A DNA stretch of 40,888 bases from an uncultured Bdellovibrionales bacterium (GTDB taxonomy: Bacteria; Patescibacteriota; Minisyncoccia; Moranbacterales; UBA1568). Location of the stretch: positions 1 to 40,888 of the forward strand of contig CAYNMD010000004.1 in assembly GCA_964398485.1 (NCBI GenBank), written 5' to 3'. The translations under genes were made by a program, and so were the position numbers. Positions within the stretch are counted from its first letter, which is position 1. Each line of letters starts with the position of its first letter. The notes under the pieces were generated by a model, which did no database searches, was not told the origin of the DNA, and saw only the letters and a program-made list of their open reading frames with translations. Below, in pieces: positions 9,512 through 18,954 of this stretch.

Positions 9512-10485
9512 AGTGGGTATGTATGGCCCACACTTTTGATGCCCCAAAAACTGAACTTGAGAGACTGGCCGGAGGGTTTTTGGGTCATCTTGAAATAGAA
9601 ATGGGTCGCTCACCGAGAACAATACGATCGTACACAGAAGTTCTGGGGAGTTTTTTTGTTTGGGGCGGATTGAAACGCGCCAAGGATATCACCGCCGAAA
9701 GAGTGAGGAGCTACCGTGTTTTTCTCAATCGAAAGACAACGGTGCGAGGAGGAACGCTCAAGCCGACAACTCAGGCTTACCATGCTATCGTCATCCGTAC
9801 TTTCCTCAAGTATCTGGCTCGAGAGGATGTAGAAACACTTCCGGCAGAAAAAGTAGAAATTGGCCGAGTACCTGAAAGACAAGTAGATTTTCTCGAGGAG
9901 GATGAACTGGAACGGCTGCTCGCGAGTCCTGAGGGGGATACACTCAAGTCTCGGCGCGATCGAGCGATTCTCGAACTGCTCTTTTCTGCTGGCCTCCGTG
10001 TTTCCGAACTTACTTCTCTTGATCGAGACCAGGTGAATCTTAGAAAAGATGAATTCAGCGTGCGGGGAAAGGGAAATAAACTTCGTATCGTTTTTCTTTC
10101 TGAGAGTGCCAAACGGTCCCTTGAATCCTATCTTGATCAGCGAGGAGATGTTGACCCAGCTTTATTTGTAGCTCATGGCAAGAAGGGGCTCGTCAATAAG
10201 AAATCAGCTTCACGAGAAAGTAGCCGATTGACGCCTCGAAGTGTCGAGAGATTGGTAAAGTACTATGCCAAAAAGGCAGGTATCGTAAAGGATGTACACC
10301 CACACACTCTTCGCCACAGCTTTGCCACCGATCTTCTCCGGAATGGGGCTGATATTCGGGCAGTCCAGACAATGCTCGGTCATGCCTCTATTACCACTAC
10401 TCAGATTTACACCCACGTAACCAACGAGAGACTCAAGGAAATCCATAAGAATTTTCACGGGAAAAGACGAAGGAAGAAATCGTAG
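9505..10485 (+). CDS. Tyrosine site-specific recombinase, XerC/XerD family
   Basis: N-terminal SAM-like core-binding region (RSPRTIRSYTEVLGSFFVW). Catalytic residues: GLRVSELTSL (Arg), HTLRHSFAT (His-x-x-Arg), LGHASITTTQIYTHV (His, Tyr). Alternative start ATG 9523, which avoids the 7-nt overlap with the upstream gene. Confidence 0.9.
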   Translation: MVKWVCMAHTFDAPKTELERLAGGFLGHLEIEMGRSPRTIRSYTEVLGSFFVWGGLKRAKDITAERVRSYRVFLNRKTTVRGGTLKPTTQAYHAIVIRTFLKYLAREDVETLPAEKVEIGRVPERQVDFLEEDELERLLASPEGDTLKSRRDRAILELLFSAGLRVSELTSLDRDQVNLRKDEFSVRGKGNKLRIVFLSESAKRSLESYLDQRGDVDPALFVAHGKKGLVNKKSASRESSRLTPRSVERLVKYYAKKAGIVKDVHPHTLRHSFATDLLRNGADIRAVQTMLGHASITTTQIYTHVTNERLKEIHKNFHGKRRRKKS

Positions 10486-10657
10486 TAGAGACTTTGAGGT
10501 GATGGGTCTTGGCTAGAAGCTAGTTTTCTGTTATTATGGAAACCTAAGTTTTAGGGGAGAGATCACTGTTTTTGGCTTAGATAAGCAATTCTTCCAAAAA
10601 TATAGAATCTCTTCCAAAGGAAAGGACTCGAGTATTTTAGCCCGTATCCGATCTTGG

Positions 10658-11848
10658 ATGGACCGCCTTCGTTTCTGGTTGGATTGGAGAGAGTGGAATA
10701 CCTGGATTCATCATACCCAGACTCGTTTTCTTATTTGGTTTAAGGAACGTTCTGGATATGTACCAGTCCGACTTTTTCGGCAATACTCAGCACTTGGCTT
10801 CGTAGTGCTTTCTTCCCTAACGGTATCTTTGGCCAACGCTACCGAGGAGAGTGGTGGACTCTCTGAAGTAGTTGATGCGCTTGGTTTGATTGATGATGCA
10901 TCAGTTCGGCATGGATCACCCCAGAGTGCTCAAGGAGTGCATACCGATCATCTTGCTCTGGTACCACTGGCTGAAACCTCTAAAGGTGTGGAAGTAGGAA
11001 ATGAATCTCTTCTTACAGTAGCTGATGAGGCGTTCCTTTCTCCAGAGAATCAGATGTTTTTAGCGGCAGCCCTTGGGAGTCGGAGTGCTCGTGAACCAGA
11101 AGAAGATGGGGGCGTGCGGATCTATACGGTTGCGCAAGGAGATACCGTGTCGGGGATTGCAGCTCGTTTTGGCATAACGATCAATACTATTCTCTGGGCC
11201 AATGATCTAGAGAATGTTGATGCTATTCGTCCAGGGGATCAAATCTTTATTTTGCCGGTAGCCGGCTTTTCTTATGTCGTCCAGGCGGGTGACACGATTG
11301 ATTCTATTGCTGCCAAATATAAATCAGCCAAGGAAAAAATTATTGCTTTCAACGAGCTTCCAGCCAATGGTGAGCTAACCGTAGGTGAAAAGATCACTAT
11401 TCCTGACGGACAAAAGGAGATACCTCGCCCAGCTCCAGGTACGAATGCCTTGGAAAGGCGGCAGTATGCTTCGGCAACTGGTGGTAGCGCGACAGACATT
11501 ACCCCTTCATTTGCTCGGCCCAAAGAGGGAAAGCCGGGACAGGGGCATCGTTTTCCTTACGGCTATTGCACTTGGTATGTGGCACAGAAACGCTATGTTC
11601 CTTGGCGTGGTAATGCTGGTGCTTGGCTTTTCAATGCGAGGGCTTTTGGATACAAAACCGGTAAGACACCAACCGTTGGCTCTATTGTGGTAACCACCGA
11701 GGATCGTTACTATGGCCACGTAGCACTGGTGGAAAAAGTAAATAAAGACACGATCACGGTATCTGAGATGAATTATACCGGCTGGGGGAAGAAAAGCGTC
11801 CGGCAGCTCGCCAAAGGGAGCCGGGTGATTAAGGGCTATATCTATTAG
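10658..11848 (+). CDS. Membrane-anchored peptidoglycan hydrolase with two LysM domains and a C-terminal CHAP amidase/peptidase domain
   Basis: TM segment ALGFVVLSSLTVSLANA. LysM 1: YTVAQGDTVSGIAARFGITINTILWANDL. LysM 2: YVVQAGDTIDSIAAKYKSAKEKIIAFNEL. CHAP: GYCTWYVAQKR (catalytic Cys) and YGHVALVEKV (His). Confidence 0.85.
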   Translation: MDRLRFWLDWREWNTWIHHTQTRFLIWFKERSGYVPVRLFRQYSALGFVVLSSLTVSLANATEESGGLSEVVDALGLIDDASVRHGSPQSAQGVHTDHLALVPLAETSKGVEVGNESLLTVADEAFLSPENQMFLAAALGSRSAREPEEDGGVRIYTVAQGDTVSGIAARFGITINTILWANDLENVDAIRPGDQIFILPVAGFSYVVQAGDTIDSIAAKYKSAKEKIIAFNELPANGELTVGEKITIPDGQKEIPRPAPGTNALERRQYASATGGSATDITPSFARPKEGKPGQGHRFPYGYCTWYVAQKRYVPWRGNAGAWLFNARAFGYKTGKTPTVGSIVVTTEDRYYGHVALVEKVNKDTITVSEMNYTGWGKKSVRQLAKGSRVIKGYIY

Positions 11849-11981
11849 GATTTGAGTTCTGAGTCTTTCCCAAGAGAATAATCGGGAATGTTTTGCTTAT
11901 TGATTTCTTGGAAAGGAAATGGAATTTGTACAAAAAAGCAAAGAGGGATAACAAAGGATGTTGTGCGGGCTCCTCATGTGA

Positions 11982-11990
11982 TGGTACAAT
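11982..11990 (+). promoter_or_regulatory. Candidate extended -10 promoter (TGgTACAAT) for the T4SS-like operon
   Basis: TG at 11982-11983 and TACAAT at 11985-11990, with a possible -35 TTGTGC at 11961-11966. It is 33 nt upstream of ATG 12024 and sits in the only sizeable gap (175 nt) before eight tightly packed genes. Confidence 0.35.
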
Positions 11991-12023
11991 AAATACAAAA
12001 TTCTTTGTCTCGAGAGATTTCTT

Positions 12024-14240
12024 ATGCTCGAGTGTACGGTAAAACGAACACACAAATTTTGGCTCGCTTTTTTCTTGGTTGCTTTCGTGGCACAGGGTGT
12101 TTTTTTGACCTCTTCGCTGGCTCATGCAGATAGATGGGGAGGGGCAGATTCAAATGGTACAGTTAATCAGCAAGATTTACCCACACCTACTTCACAAGGG
12201 GCTACGGGTACGAATACATCAAATCAGAGTACTACTCAGTCAGATACTGGTACCTCGAGTTCCTGGGGGAGTTGCATCTTGAATTTCCCTACCTGTATTG
12301 GGGCTGCTGTGTTGAATGCTCTGACTTCTGCTATGGCTTGGCTGGCCAATGGAGCGGCAGGGCTTTTTGTATGGGTAGTGCAGCCAGAAAATATCTCTGG
12401 ACCAACGGGGCTTCTCAACAAGGCTTCGATTTATGAGCTCTGGAAGTTTATCAGGGACTTTTTTAATGTCTTTTTCATTCTCATTCTCTTGCTTTCTGCT
12501 TTTGCCACGGTATTTCAGGTGGAGAACTTCAGTATCCGCAAGATCTTTCTCAATATTCTCTTGGCAGCTTTGGTGATCAACTTCAGCTTCCCTATCACTC
12601 GATTCTTGATTGATATTACTAATGTGCCCATGTACTATTTTCTGAATGCTATTCTTCCCGGGACGGATGGTGGTTTAGGCTTCACAAAGGTATACCTTGG
12701 GAGCACGGGAATGTCAGGAATTATGCTGGCCTCAGCTGTCGGGTTTACCAAAGCGTTTCTCAATGTCGTTTTTATGTTTCTGTTTGCCATCTCGCTTTTG
12801 GTCTTAGCGGTTATGTTTCTTATTCGGCTTATTGCTCTTACTCTACTGCTCGTACTCTCGCCGATTGGTTTTGCTGCAAGTCTTATGCCTGGATTTCAGG
12901 GTGCCGGCAGTAAGTGGTGGGAAGAATTTTGGCGTTATTCGCTCTTTGGCCCATCAGCTGCTCTCATGCTCTTGGTAGCGATGCGTTTCCAGAATGAGCT
13001 TGCTAGTGATGGTACGATTGAAACCTTTAATAGAACACTTACAACGATGAGTTCCGGATCAGCTGCGAGTAGCTCCATGGCTCTTGTTGCTTTCTATACC
13101 ATTCCCTTGGTGCTTATTTGGGCAGCGATCGGTATGGCTAACAAATCGAGTATTGCTGGAGCGGGGCTAGTGGTGGGTCTTGGCTACGGTGCAGCGAAGA
13201 AAGTGGGTGGTTGGGGGAAGAAGATGGTAGTAGGTGGTACCAAAGCGATTTTGCCAACCAATGTAGCCAAGGGAGTGGCTACTGGTGTGAAAGATGGTCT
13301 TAAGGGAGGTAAGCTCTTTGGTCTCAAGGTTATGCCAAAGGGTCTTACACCAAAGGAACTTAAGAAGAAAGGTGAAGAGCGCGAGGCTTACTGGAAGGGT
13401 GTCGGATCAGGTGGCTTTGCTGGTGGAAATAAAGCCAAGGCCGAGCTATTTGATAAGCGGGTTACTGAAAAGGTGAAAGAAAACAAGGAAAATCAAGTGC
13501 CTCGCTCAGCGATGATATTGGGTCTTGATCCTGCCAAGAATGATCTTCTGACCCGAACTGCCAACGCATTGTCACTTGCTCAGGCGGGTGAAATTAAGAG
13601 CGCTGAGGTTCTGCAAAAAGCTATTGAGGCGGTTGGCGATAATGCTGATGCAGTAGACAAAATCCTTGATGGTGCCAAGTCAGATGCTTTTGATGGTATG
13701 GACAAACAGAAATATACCCAGATTCTTTCGAGCTCTGCTTTTGCTCTGAGAAATAATGACGGAGAGCTGATTGATAAGTCAGGCAAGGTCCTGAGTCAGG
13801 GGGCTAAACCGGTAATCGACAAGAATAGTGACATGTACAAGGCTCTTGATAGCAAAATGATAAAGGAGGGTCATTTGGATGTAAAAATTGATTTTGAAGT
13901 TGATCAGCTTACGGAGGAATTGGGCGGTAATAGAGCAGCAGCACGCCAGAAAGTATATGATGATAATCTCAAGCTAAAAGCGAGTGAGCTCGGGGCTCAA
14001 TCGAAGTTGCATCAATCAACTTTGGGAACAACTGAGGATAATATGGCTCTCCGTAATTATTTGGAGCAGATGTTCAAAGACGAGCAGTATAAGATAGAAG
14101 TCTTGAAGGGGATGAATAATAAAGATCGTCAGGTGTGGATTGTGCCAAAGACTAAGCCGGGGAGCGGGGAAACAGTTTCGTCTGGCGGCATAGTAATTCC
14201 TCAGGAGTATAATTCGAAGCGACCGGATAATAGTAGGTAG
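12024..14240 (+). CDS. Polytopic membrane protein, VirB6/TrbL/PrgH-like T4SS channel component, with a Ser/Thr/Gln-rich exposed N-terminal region and a ~330-aa Lys-rich hydrophilic C-terminal extension
   Basis: Signal peptide FLVAFVAQGVFLTSSLAHA|D, then an STQ-rich stretch. At least 6 hydrophobic helices lie between aa ~90 and 400 (e.g. FFNVFFILILLLSAFATVF, VFMFLFAISLLVLAVMFLIRLIALTLLLVLSPIGF). Its position next to PrgI-like and VirB4-like genes supports the call, which rests on topology and context rather than a sequence motif. Confidence 0.55.
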   Translation: MLECTVKRTHKFWLAFFLVAFVAQGVFLTSSLAHADRWGGADSNGTVNQQDLPTPTSQGATGTNTSNQSTTQSDTGTSSSWGSCILNFPTCIGAAVLNALTSAMAWLANGAAGLFVWVVQPENISGPTGLLNKASIYELWKFIRDFFNVFFILILLLSAFATVFQVENFSIRKIFLNILLAALVINFSFPITRFLIDITNVPMYYFLNAILPGTDGGLGFTKVYLGSTGMSGIMLASAVGFTKAFLNVVFMFLFAISLLVLAVMFLIRLIALTLLLVLSPIGFAASLMPGFQGAGSKWWEEFWRYSLFGPSAALMLLVAMRFQNELASDGTIETFNRTLTTMSSGSAASSSMALVAFYTIPLVLIWAAIGMANKSSIAGAGLVVGLGYGAAKKVGGWGKKMVVGGTKAILPTNVAKGVATGVKDGLKGGKLFGLKVMPKGLTPKELKKKGEEREAYWKGVGSGGFAGGNKAKAELFDKRVTEKVKENKENQVPRSAMILGLDPAKNDLLTRTANALSLAQAGEIKSAEVLQKAIEAVGDNADAVDKILDGAKSDAFDGMDKQKYTQILSSSAFALRNNDGELIDKSGKVLSQGAKPVIDKNSDMYKALDSKMIKEGHLDVKIDFEVDQLTEELGGNRAAARQKVYDDNLKLKASELGAQSKLHQSTLGTTEDNMALRNYLEQMFKDEQYKIEVLKGMNNKDRQVWIVPKTKPGSGETVSSGGIVIPQEYNSKRPDNSR

Positions 14241-14244
14241 TGTT

Positions 14245-15402
14245 ATGAGTACGGTTTTCTATCCGATGCTGGCGGAAATGGCGGGGTCCGATGACCTGGT
14301 TTCTGTTTGGTCTAAATTTGATTCTTTACCCAGAAATATTCAAGATGTTCTTACCTCTGATCTGCTTCCAAAAAAACTAGAACAATTATCTAGTCAATTT
14401 TCTTTTGATGAAGAGACAGCATTGTTTGTGAGTATTTTAGTGAGGAGTATTTTCTTTCAAGAAGTTGATTTTCAGAAAGGAACAGACCAGATGAATAGCT
14501 ATTTTCAGAAAAAAGGGAGAAATCCACAGGATGCAAGTCAGGTCATGGAGTTTATCCAGAAGGAGGTAATGACTATTGTTCCTCCAAAACCGGTGATTCA
14601 GCAAACCTCAGTGGGGACGAAAAAAGAACCGGTCCGTGAGTATGTAAAATTACCTCTTCTGAAGGCGTTAGCTGACTATCCACGGCTCAATGAGCAACTT
14701 ATCACAGCAGAGAAGATTCGGATAAAGTCGCAGCCAGAACCAGCTCGCCCAAATTTGGCTAATTGGATTCGCTATTATCGCGACGAGCTCGGTATTGGGT
14801 TTCATGATCAGGTTACGCGAGGGAAATTTCTTTTTCAATCCGAAAACGGGAAGAAACTTTCCGCCGAGGAAAGAGAACGCATTCATTTGGTACTCAAGTC
14901 TTTGGAAGAAGAGTTTCCTTTGGAGATAAATGGGGAACAGGGGACTATTGTTTTTCCAGTAAGAACTCAACCAAGTCCAGTTTCGAGTGCCTTTCCAAAG
15001 CAGTCTGAACTGAACGCTCCTGCTCGATCGGTGAAGCCATTTACACCGAACATCCTCGCTCCAACAATGCCCTCTTCTCCTGTCTCAACTCCTCGAGTAG
15101 CTGAAAAAACAGCTATTCCTACCGGGAAGACTTCCTTTTTTTCTGGAACTTTTGGTGCCGGGAAAAATGTTGCTGATGATACTTTGCATTTTTCGACTGG
15201 TCACGTACTACCGAGCGAAAAACAAACGGATCAACCAACGAACATTCCAAAACAAGGAGTGTCTCCTGCTCCATCTTTTTCTTCAACGTTTGGGATGACT
15301 GGTATTAGTCAAAACCGTGGAGGAGCTCTCCCGCGCAGCCCCTATTCTATCAGGCCCCTTCGTATGCGAGAGGATACCAATCATGAGACTGAAGCGCGGT
15401 AG
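14245..15402 (+). CDS. Hypothetical protein in the T4SS-like operon: helical N-terminal half, Pro/Ser-rich C-terminal half
   Basis: 385-aa ORF starting 4 nt after the preceding stop. No TM segment or signal peptide. I recognise no family. Confidence 0.6.
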   Translation: MSTVFYPMLAEMAGSDDLVSVWSKFDSLPRNIQDVLTSDLLPKKLEQLSSQFSFDEETALFVSILVRSIFFQEVDFQKGTDQMNSYFQKKGRNPQDASQVMEFIQKEVMTIVPPKPVIQQTSVGTKKEPVREYVKLPLLKALADYPRLNEQLITAEKIRIKSQPEPARPNLANWIRYYRDELGIGFHDQVTRGKFLFQSENGKKLSAEERERIHLVLKSLEEEFPLEINGEQGTIVFPVRTQPSPVSSAFPKQSELNAPARSVKPFTPNILAPTMPSSPVSTPRVAEKTAIPTGKTSFFSGTFGAGKNVADDTLHFSTGHVLPSEKQTDQPTNIPKQGVSPAPSFSSTFGMTGISQNRGGALPRSPYSIRPLRMREDTNHETEAR

Positions 15403-15434
15403 TTTTCTTCGAAAATAGATACTCACAGAAATAT

Positions 15435-15833
15435 ATGATGTCCAATGTTCCACAATTTATTGACATTGAAGATAAAGTAGCTGGGCCACTGACTTGGAGA
15501 CAGCTTCTTTGGGTGATTGCTATGGGTATCATCCTCTTGGTGCTCTACAATATGCTTCCCGGGATCGCTTTTGTAGTAGTTGCTATCCCCATCGTGCTTT
15601 TCTTTTCCGCTCTCGCCTTTTATCGACCCCAGGGGCAATCCCTCATTAGTTTTCTTGGTCATGGATTCTTTTTCTTTTTTCGTCCCAAAGTAGCGGTTTG
15701 GGAAAGACCAGTAGTTCGTCCTCGAGCTGTGTCAGCTGCCAAGCCCCAGCGTCAAACGGAACTAGGTCAATCCAAGGGTGTTTCTCGTGAAGAGTTGCGT
15801 AACCTTGCCAAGATGTTGGATACTGTTCAATAG
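15435..15833 (+). CDS. PrgI family protein (VirB3-like small T4SS membrane component)
   Basis: The N-terminus VPQFIDIEDKVAGPLTWRQLLWVIAMGIILLVLY matches the PrgI family signature as I remember it (PF12666). It is followed by a second TM helix, IAFVVVAIPIVLFFSALAF, and lies just upstream of the VirB4-like ATPase. Confidence 0.75.
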   Translation: MMSNVPQFIDIEDKVAGPLTWRQLLWVIAMGIILLVLYNMLPGIAFVVVAIPIVLFFSALAFYRPQGQSLISFLGHGFFFFFRPKVAVWERPVVRPRAVSAAKPQRQTELGQSKGVSREELRNLAKMLDTVQ

Positions 15834-15851
15834 GTAATAATATTTTCTGTC

Positions 15852-16541
15852 ATGGAATTTCTCTCAAAAAACCAAGGAAAACCCAGTGGATCAAGTACTC
15901 AGAAATATGTTGATGTGGATGCTATTCGTAATGGGGTAATTATCTTGAAAAATGGCGGGCTCAGGGCAGTAGTCTTGGTTTCATCAATTAACTTTGATCT
16001 CAAATCAAGCGTCGAACAGGAGGCTATTATTGCTCAGTACCAAAACCTCTTAAATTCACTTGATTTTCCTATTCAGATTGTTATTCAGTCACGCCGATTT
16101 AATATTGATCCCTATATAGAACGTCTCAAACAAGAGGAAAGCCAGCAGCTCAACGATTTACTAAGGTTGCAGATGACAGAGTACCAGGAATTTATTAAAA
16201 ACCTCAATGAAGTCTCGAATATTGTTGCTAAGCAATTCTATATTGTAGTCCCTTTTTCTACAGTAGAAAGTAATGAGGGGGGATTTTTCCAGACTTTATC
16301 TAATATATTCAATCAAAAAAAAGCAGCCACTTTTCAGGGTGAAATGTTTGAGTCGTTTCGTTCTCAACTCTTGCAGCGAGTAGAGCATGTTATGAATGGG
16401 CTTTCCCCGATTGGACTTCGCGGAACAGTCTTGGGTACTGAGGAAATCATTGAACTTCTTTATAATAGCTACAATCCTTCTCTTTTTACGACGAGTATTA
16501 TCAAGAATGTTGATGCGCTTGAACTTAATCCGACCAATTGA
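15852..16541 (+). CDS. Hypothetical cytoplasmic protein in the T4SS-like operon, possibly related to a VirB4 N-terminal domain
   Basis: 229-aa ORF with no TM segment. The segment YVDVDAIRNGVIILKNGGLRAVVLVSSINFDLKSSVEQEAIIAQYQNLLNSLDFPIQIVIQS resembles by eye the N-domain pattern of monoderm VirB4/TrsE-type ATPases. Confidence 0.55.
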   Translation: MEFLSKNQGKPSGSSTQKYVDVDAIRNGVIILKNGGLRAVVLVSSINFDLKSSVEQEAIIAQYQNLLNSLDFPIQIVIQSRRFNIDPYIERLKQEESQQLNDLLRLQMTEYQEFIKNLNEVSNIVAKQFYIVVPFSTVESNEGGFFQTLSNIFNQKKAATFQGEMFESFRSQLLQRVEHVMNGLSPIGLRGTVLGTEEIIELLYNSYNPSLFTTSIIKNVDALELNPTN

Positions 16542-16552
16542 TTTTTCGTATC

Positions 16553-18940
16553 ATGTCACGAGAACTTATCATTTTTGATCGTCCGACTAAAAAGAAATCT
16601 ACAGTATCAGTTACTGATGCTGCCCCTTCAGATAGTGGAGAGGTAGCGAAAAAGACGCGCGTCACTGTGGCCCCAGTGACTCCTCGAGTGGCTCCGGTAA
16701 AAAAAGGAGCGGGGAGTACTAAGGCGGGGACGGCTAAAGCCACTTCATCAGTACCAATGTCAAAACCATCGACGAGAATAGCAAAGAAAAAATCTGAACC
16801 AGAGATAGGGCAAGAGTCCGTGAGACCTGCGCCAAAGATTGCTCCTGTCCCGAGTGTTTTTCAGCGTGAGCTTAGTGGTGAGGATGATGCAAAAGATGAG
16901 GGGATTATTGAGTTACCCCAGCCAATAGCCTCAACTGAAAGAACAGAACAGTCAGTAGCGAGACATAAGGATAGAGTGGCTATTCCTGATCTCTCAAATC
17001 CTTTTCCAGATTTAGATCAAGAAGAGTCCAGAGAGACTCAAGTCATTCAAAACGAGAAACCATCGGCTGGGAAAAAATCCGGATGGCTCCCTTTCCAAAA
17101 ATCAAAATCTGTCGCTCGCCCAGTTTCTTCTAGCCGAATTGAGGAAGATATGGATGTTCAGGCAGGGTCTGTAGATGTCGAGGCACTCTATGCCCGAGGT
17201 CTTGCTACTATCAAAGATCTGATCGCCCCACCAGCTATTAAAGTCACGACCAATGTGATGCAGATCGGAGACGTTATGTCTCGGACGCTATTTGTCATAG
17301 CTTACCCACGTTTTCTTTCGACTAATTGGTTTAGCCCGATCGTCAATATCGATTTTGCCATGGACACGGCCCTGTTCGTCCACCCTATTGATACGGCTGA
17401 TATCCTCAAGACTCTGCGTAAACAAGCGACCCAAGTTCAATCTCAGATGAATATTGAGATGGAGGATGGTAAGATTCGAGACCCAGTTCTTGAGGCGGCT
17501 CTTCAAAACATCGAAGAACTTCGTGATCGATTGCAGCAGGGTACGGAAAAGTTTTTTCGCTTCGGACTCTATATTACTCTTTATGGATCGGACGAAAAGG
17601 ATCTCAACTCCAAAACTCAGTCAATCGAGGCACTTCTCGAGGCGCAGCTCGTCTACACGAAGCCAGCAGTTCTTCGGATGGACAAGGGATTTGCTGCTAC
17701 GAGACCTCTGGGAAACGATGTGCTTGATGTGGCTAATAATCTCAACACCGAGCCGCTTTCCACCACCTTCCCATTTGTTTCTTCGGATCTCTCTTCTAAT
17801 GAAGGGATCTTGTACGGCATTAATAGACACAACAATAGCCTGATTCTCTTCGATCGCTTTAAGATGGAGAATGCCAACATGGTTGTCTTTGCCAAGTCTG
17901 GTGCTGGAAAAAGTTATACGGTAAAACTTGAAGTGCTCAGGTCACTTATGTTTGGCACTGATGTGATCATTATCGACCCAGAAAATGAATACAAGCATCT
18001 GTGTGAAACAGTTGGTGGATCATTTATTCCGATTTCTTTGAGTTCTAGTATTCATCTCAATCCTTTTGATTTACCTAAAACAAGAGAAGGTGAGGATCGA
18101 GAAGGGGTATTTCGGAATGCTATTGCTAACTTGGTAGGACTGCTTCATCTTATGCTAGGCACTCTGACGCCAGAGGAGGATTCTATTCTTGATCAGGCAA
18201 TTCGTGAGGCGTATGCTATTCGTGATATCCACCCAGGTACAGATTTTTCTCAATTAACACCAGCGTCTTATCCCACGATGTCAGATCTCTATGCTGCTCT
18301 ACGAAATATGGAGGGGGCAGAGTCGCTTGCTACTCGGTTGGAACGGTATACGGAAGGTATTTTTTCAGGATTTCTTAATCATCAGACAAATATTGAGACA
18401 GAGAATCAACTGACGGTGTTTAATATCCGTGATTTGGAGGAAGAGCTGCGGCCCATCGCTATGTACATGGTGCTTCAGCACATCTGGAATGAAATTCGAT
18501 CAACTCTGAAGAGACGAATTATTGTGGTCGATGAAGCTTGGCTTATGATGCAAAATGAAGATGCTGCAGCCTTTTTGTTCGGAATTGCGAAACGTTGTCG
18601 TAAATATTTTACTGGTCTCACGACGATTACACAGGATATTAGTGATTTTATGTCATCTCGTTATGGGAAGCCGATTGTTACCAACTCATCAATGCAGCTT
18701 CTCTTGAGACAGTCACCAGCCTCGGTAGACTATGTGGCTGAAACTTTTTATCTCACTGATCATGAGAAGTTTCTCTTGCTTGAATCCAATGTTGGTGAGG
18801 GAATATTCTTTGCTGGAACCAAACATGCTGCTATCAAGGTGATTGCCTCGTATAGCGAGGATCAAATCATTACCTCTGATCCCAGACAATTACTTGAAAT
18901 TGAGGAGGCAAAAAGAGAGTTTGATGCCAATAACCCGTAG
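16553..18940 (+). CDS. VirB4/PrgJ/TrsE-type T4SS ATPase with a ~200-aa Lys/Pro/Ala/Ser-rich N-terminal extension
   Basis: Walker A VVFAKSGAGKSYTVK; Walker B RRIIVVDEAWLMM; downstream TTITQDISDF. N-domain YPRFLSTNWFSPIVNIDFAMDTALFVHPI. ATG 16553 is preferred over the listed TTG 16538. Confidence 0.85.
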   Translation: MSRELIIFDRPTKKKSTVSVTDAAPSDSGEVAKKTRVTVAPVTPRVAPVKKGAGSTKAGTAKATSSVPMSKPSTRIAKKKSEPEIGQESVRPAPKIAPVPSVFQRELSGEDDAKDEGIIELPQPIASTERTEQSVARHKDRVAIPDLSNPFPDLDQEESRETQVIQNEKPSAGKKSGWLPFQKSKSVARPVSSSRIEEDMDVQAGSVDVEALYARGLATIKDLIAPPAIKVTTNVMQIGDVMSRTLFVIAYPRFLSTNWFSPIVNIDFAMDTALFVHPIDTADILKTLRKQATQVQSQMNIEMEDGKIRDPVLEAALQNIEELRDRLQQGTEKFFRFGLYITLYGSDEKDLNSKTQSIEALLEAQLVYTKPAVLRMDKGFAATRPLGNDVLDVANNLNTEPLSTTFPFVSSDLSSNEGILYGINRHNNSLILFDRFKMENANMVVFAKSGAGKSYTVKLEVLRSLMFGTDVIIIDPENEYKHLCETVGGSFIPISLSSSIHLNPFDLPKTREGEDREGVFRNAIANLVGLLHLMLGTLTPEEDSILDQAIREAYAIRDIHPGTDFSQLTPASYPTMSDLYAALRNMEGAESLATRLERYTEGIFSGFLNHQTNIETENQLTVFNIRDLEEELRPIAMYMVLQHIWNEIRSTLKRRIIVVDEAWLMMQNEDAAAFLFGIAKRCRKYFTGLTTITQDISDFMSSRYGKPIVTNSSMQLLLRQSPASVDYVAETFYLTDHEKFLLLESNVGEGIFFAGTKHAAIKVIASYSEDQIITSDPRQLLEIEEAKREFDANNP

Positions 18941-18954
18941 GGACAATTACTAGT

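Noticed and set aside
10534-10544. TTATGGAAACC just downstream of the xer gene matches 9 of 11 positions of the B. subtilis dif XerD arm (TTATGTAAACT), suggesting a dif site.
   Set aside because: The expected 6-bp spacer plus an inverted XerC arm is not present upstream. AAGCTAGTTTT/CTGTTA gives at best 5/11 matches. A single half-site match in AT-rich intergenic DNA is not convincing. A proper dif search plus GC-skew analysis on the full replicon is needed.
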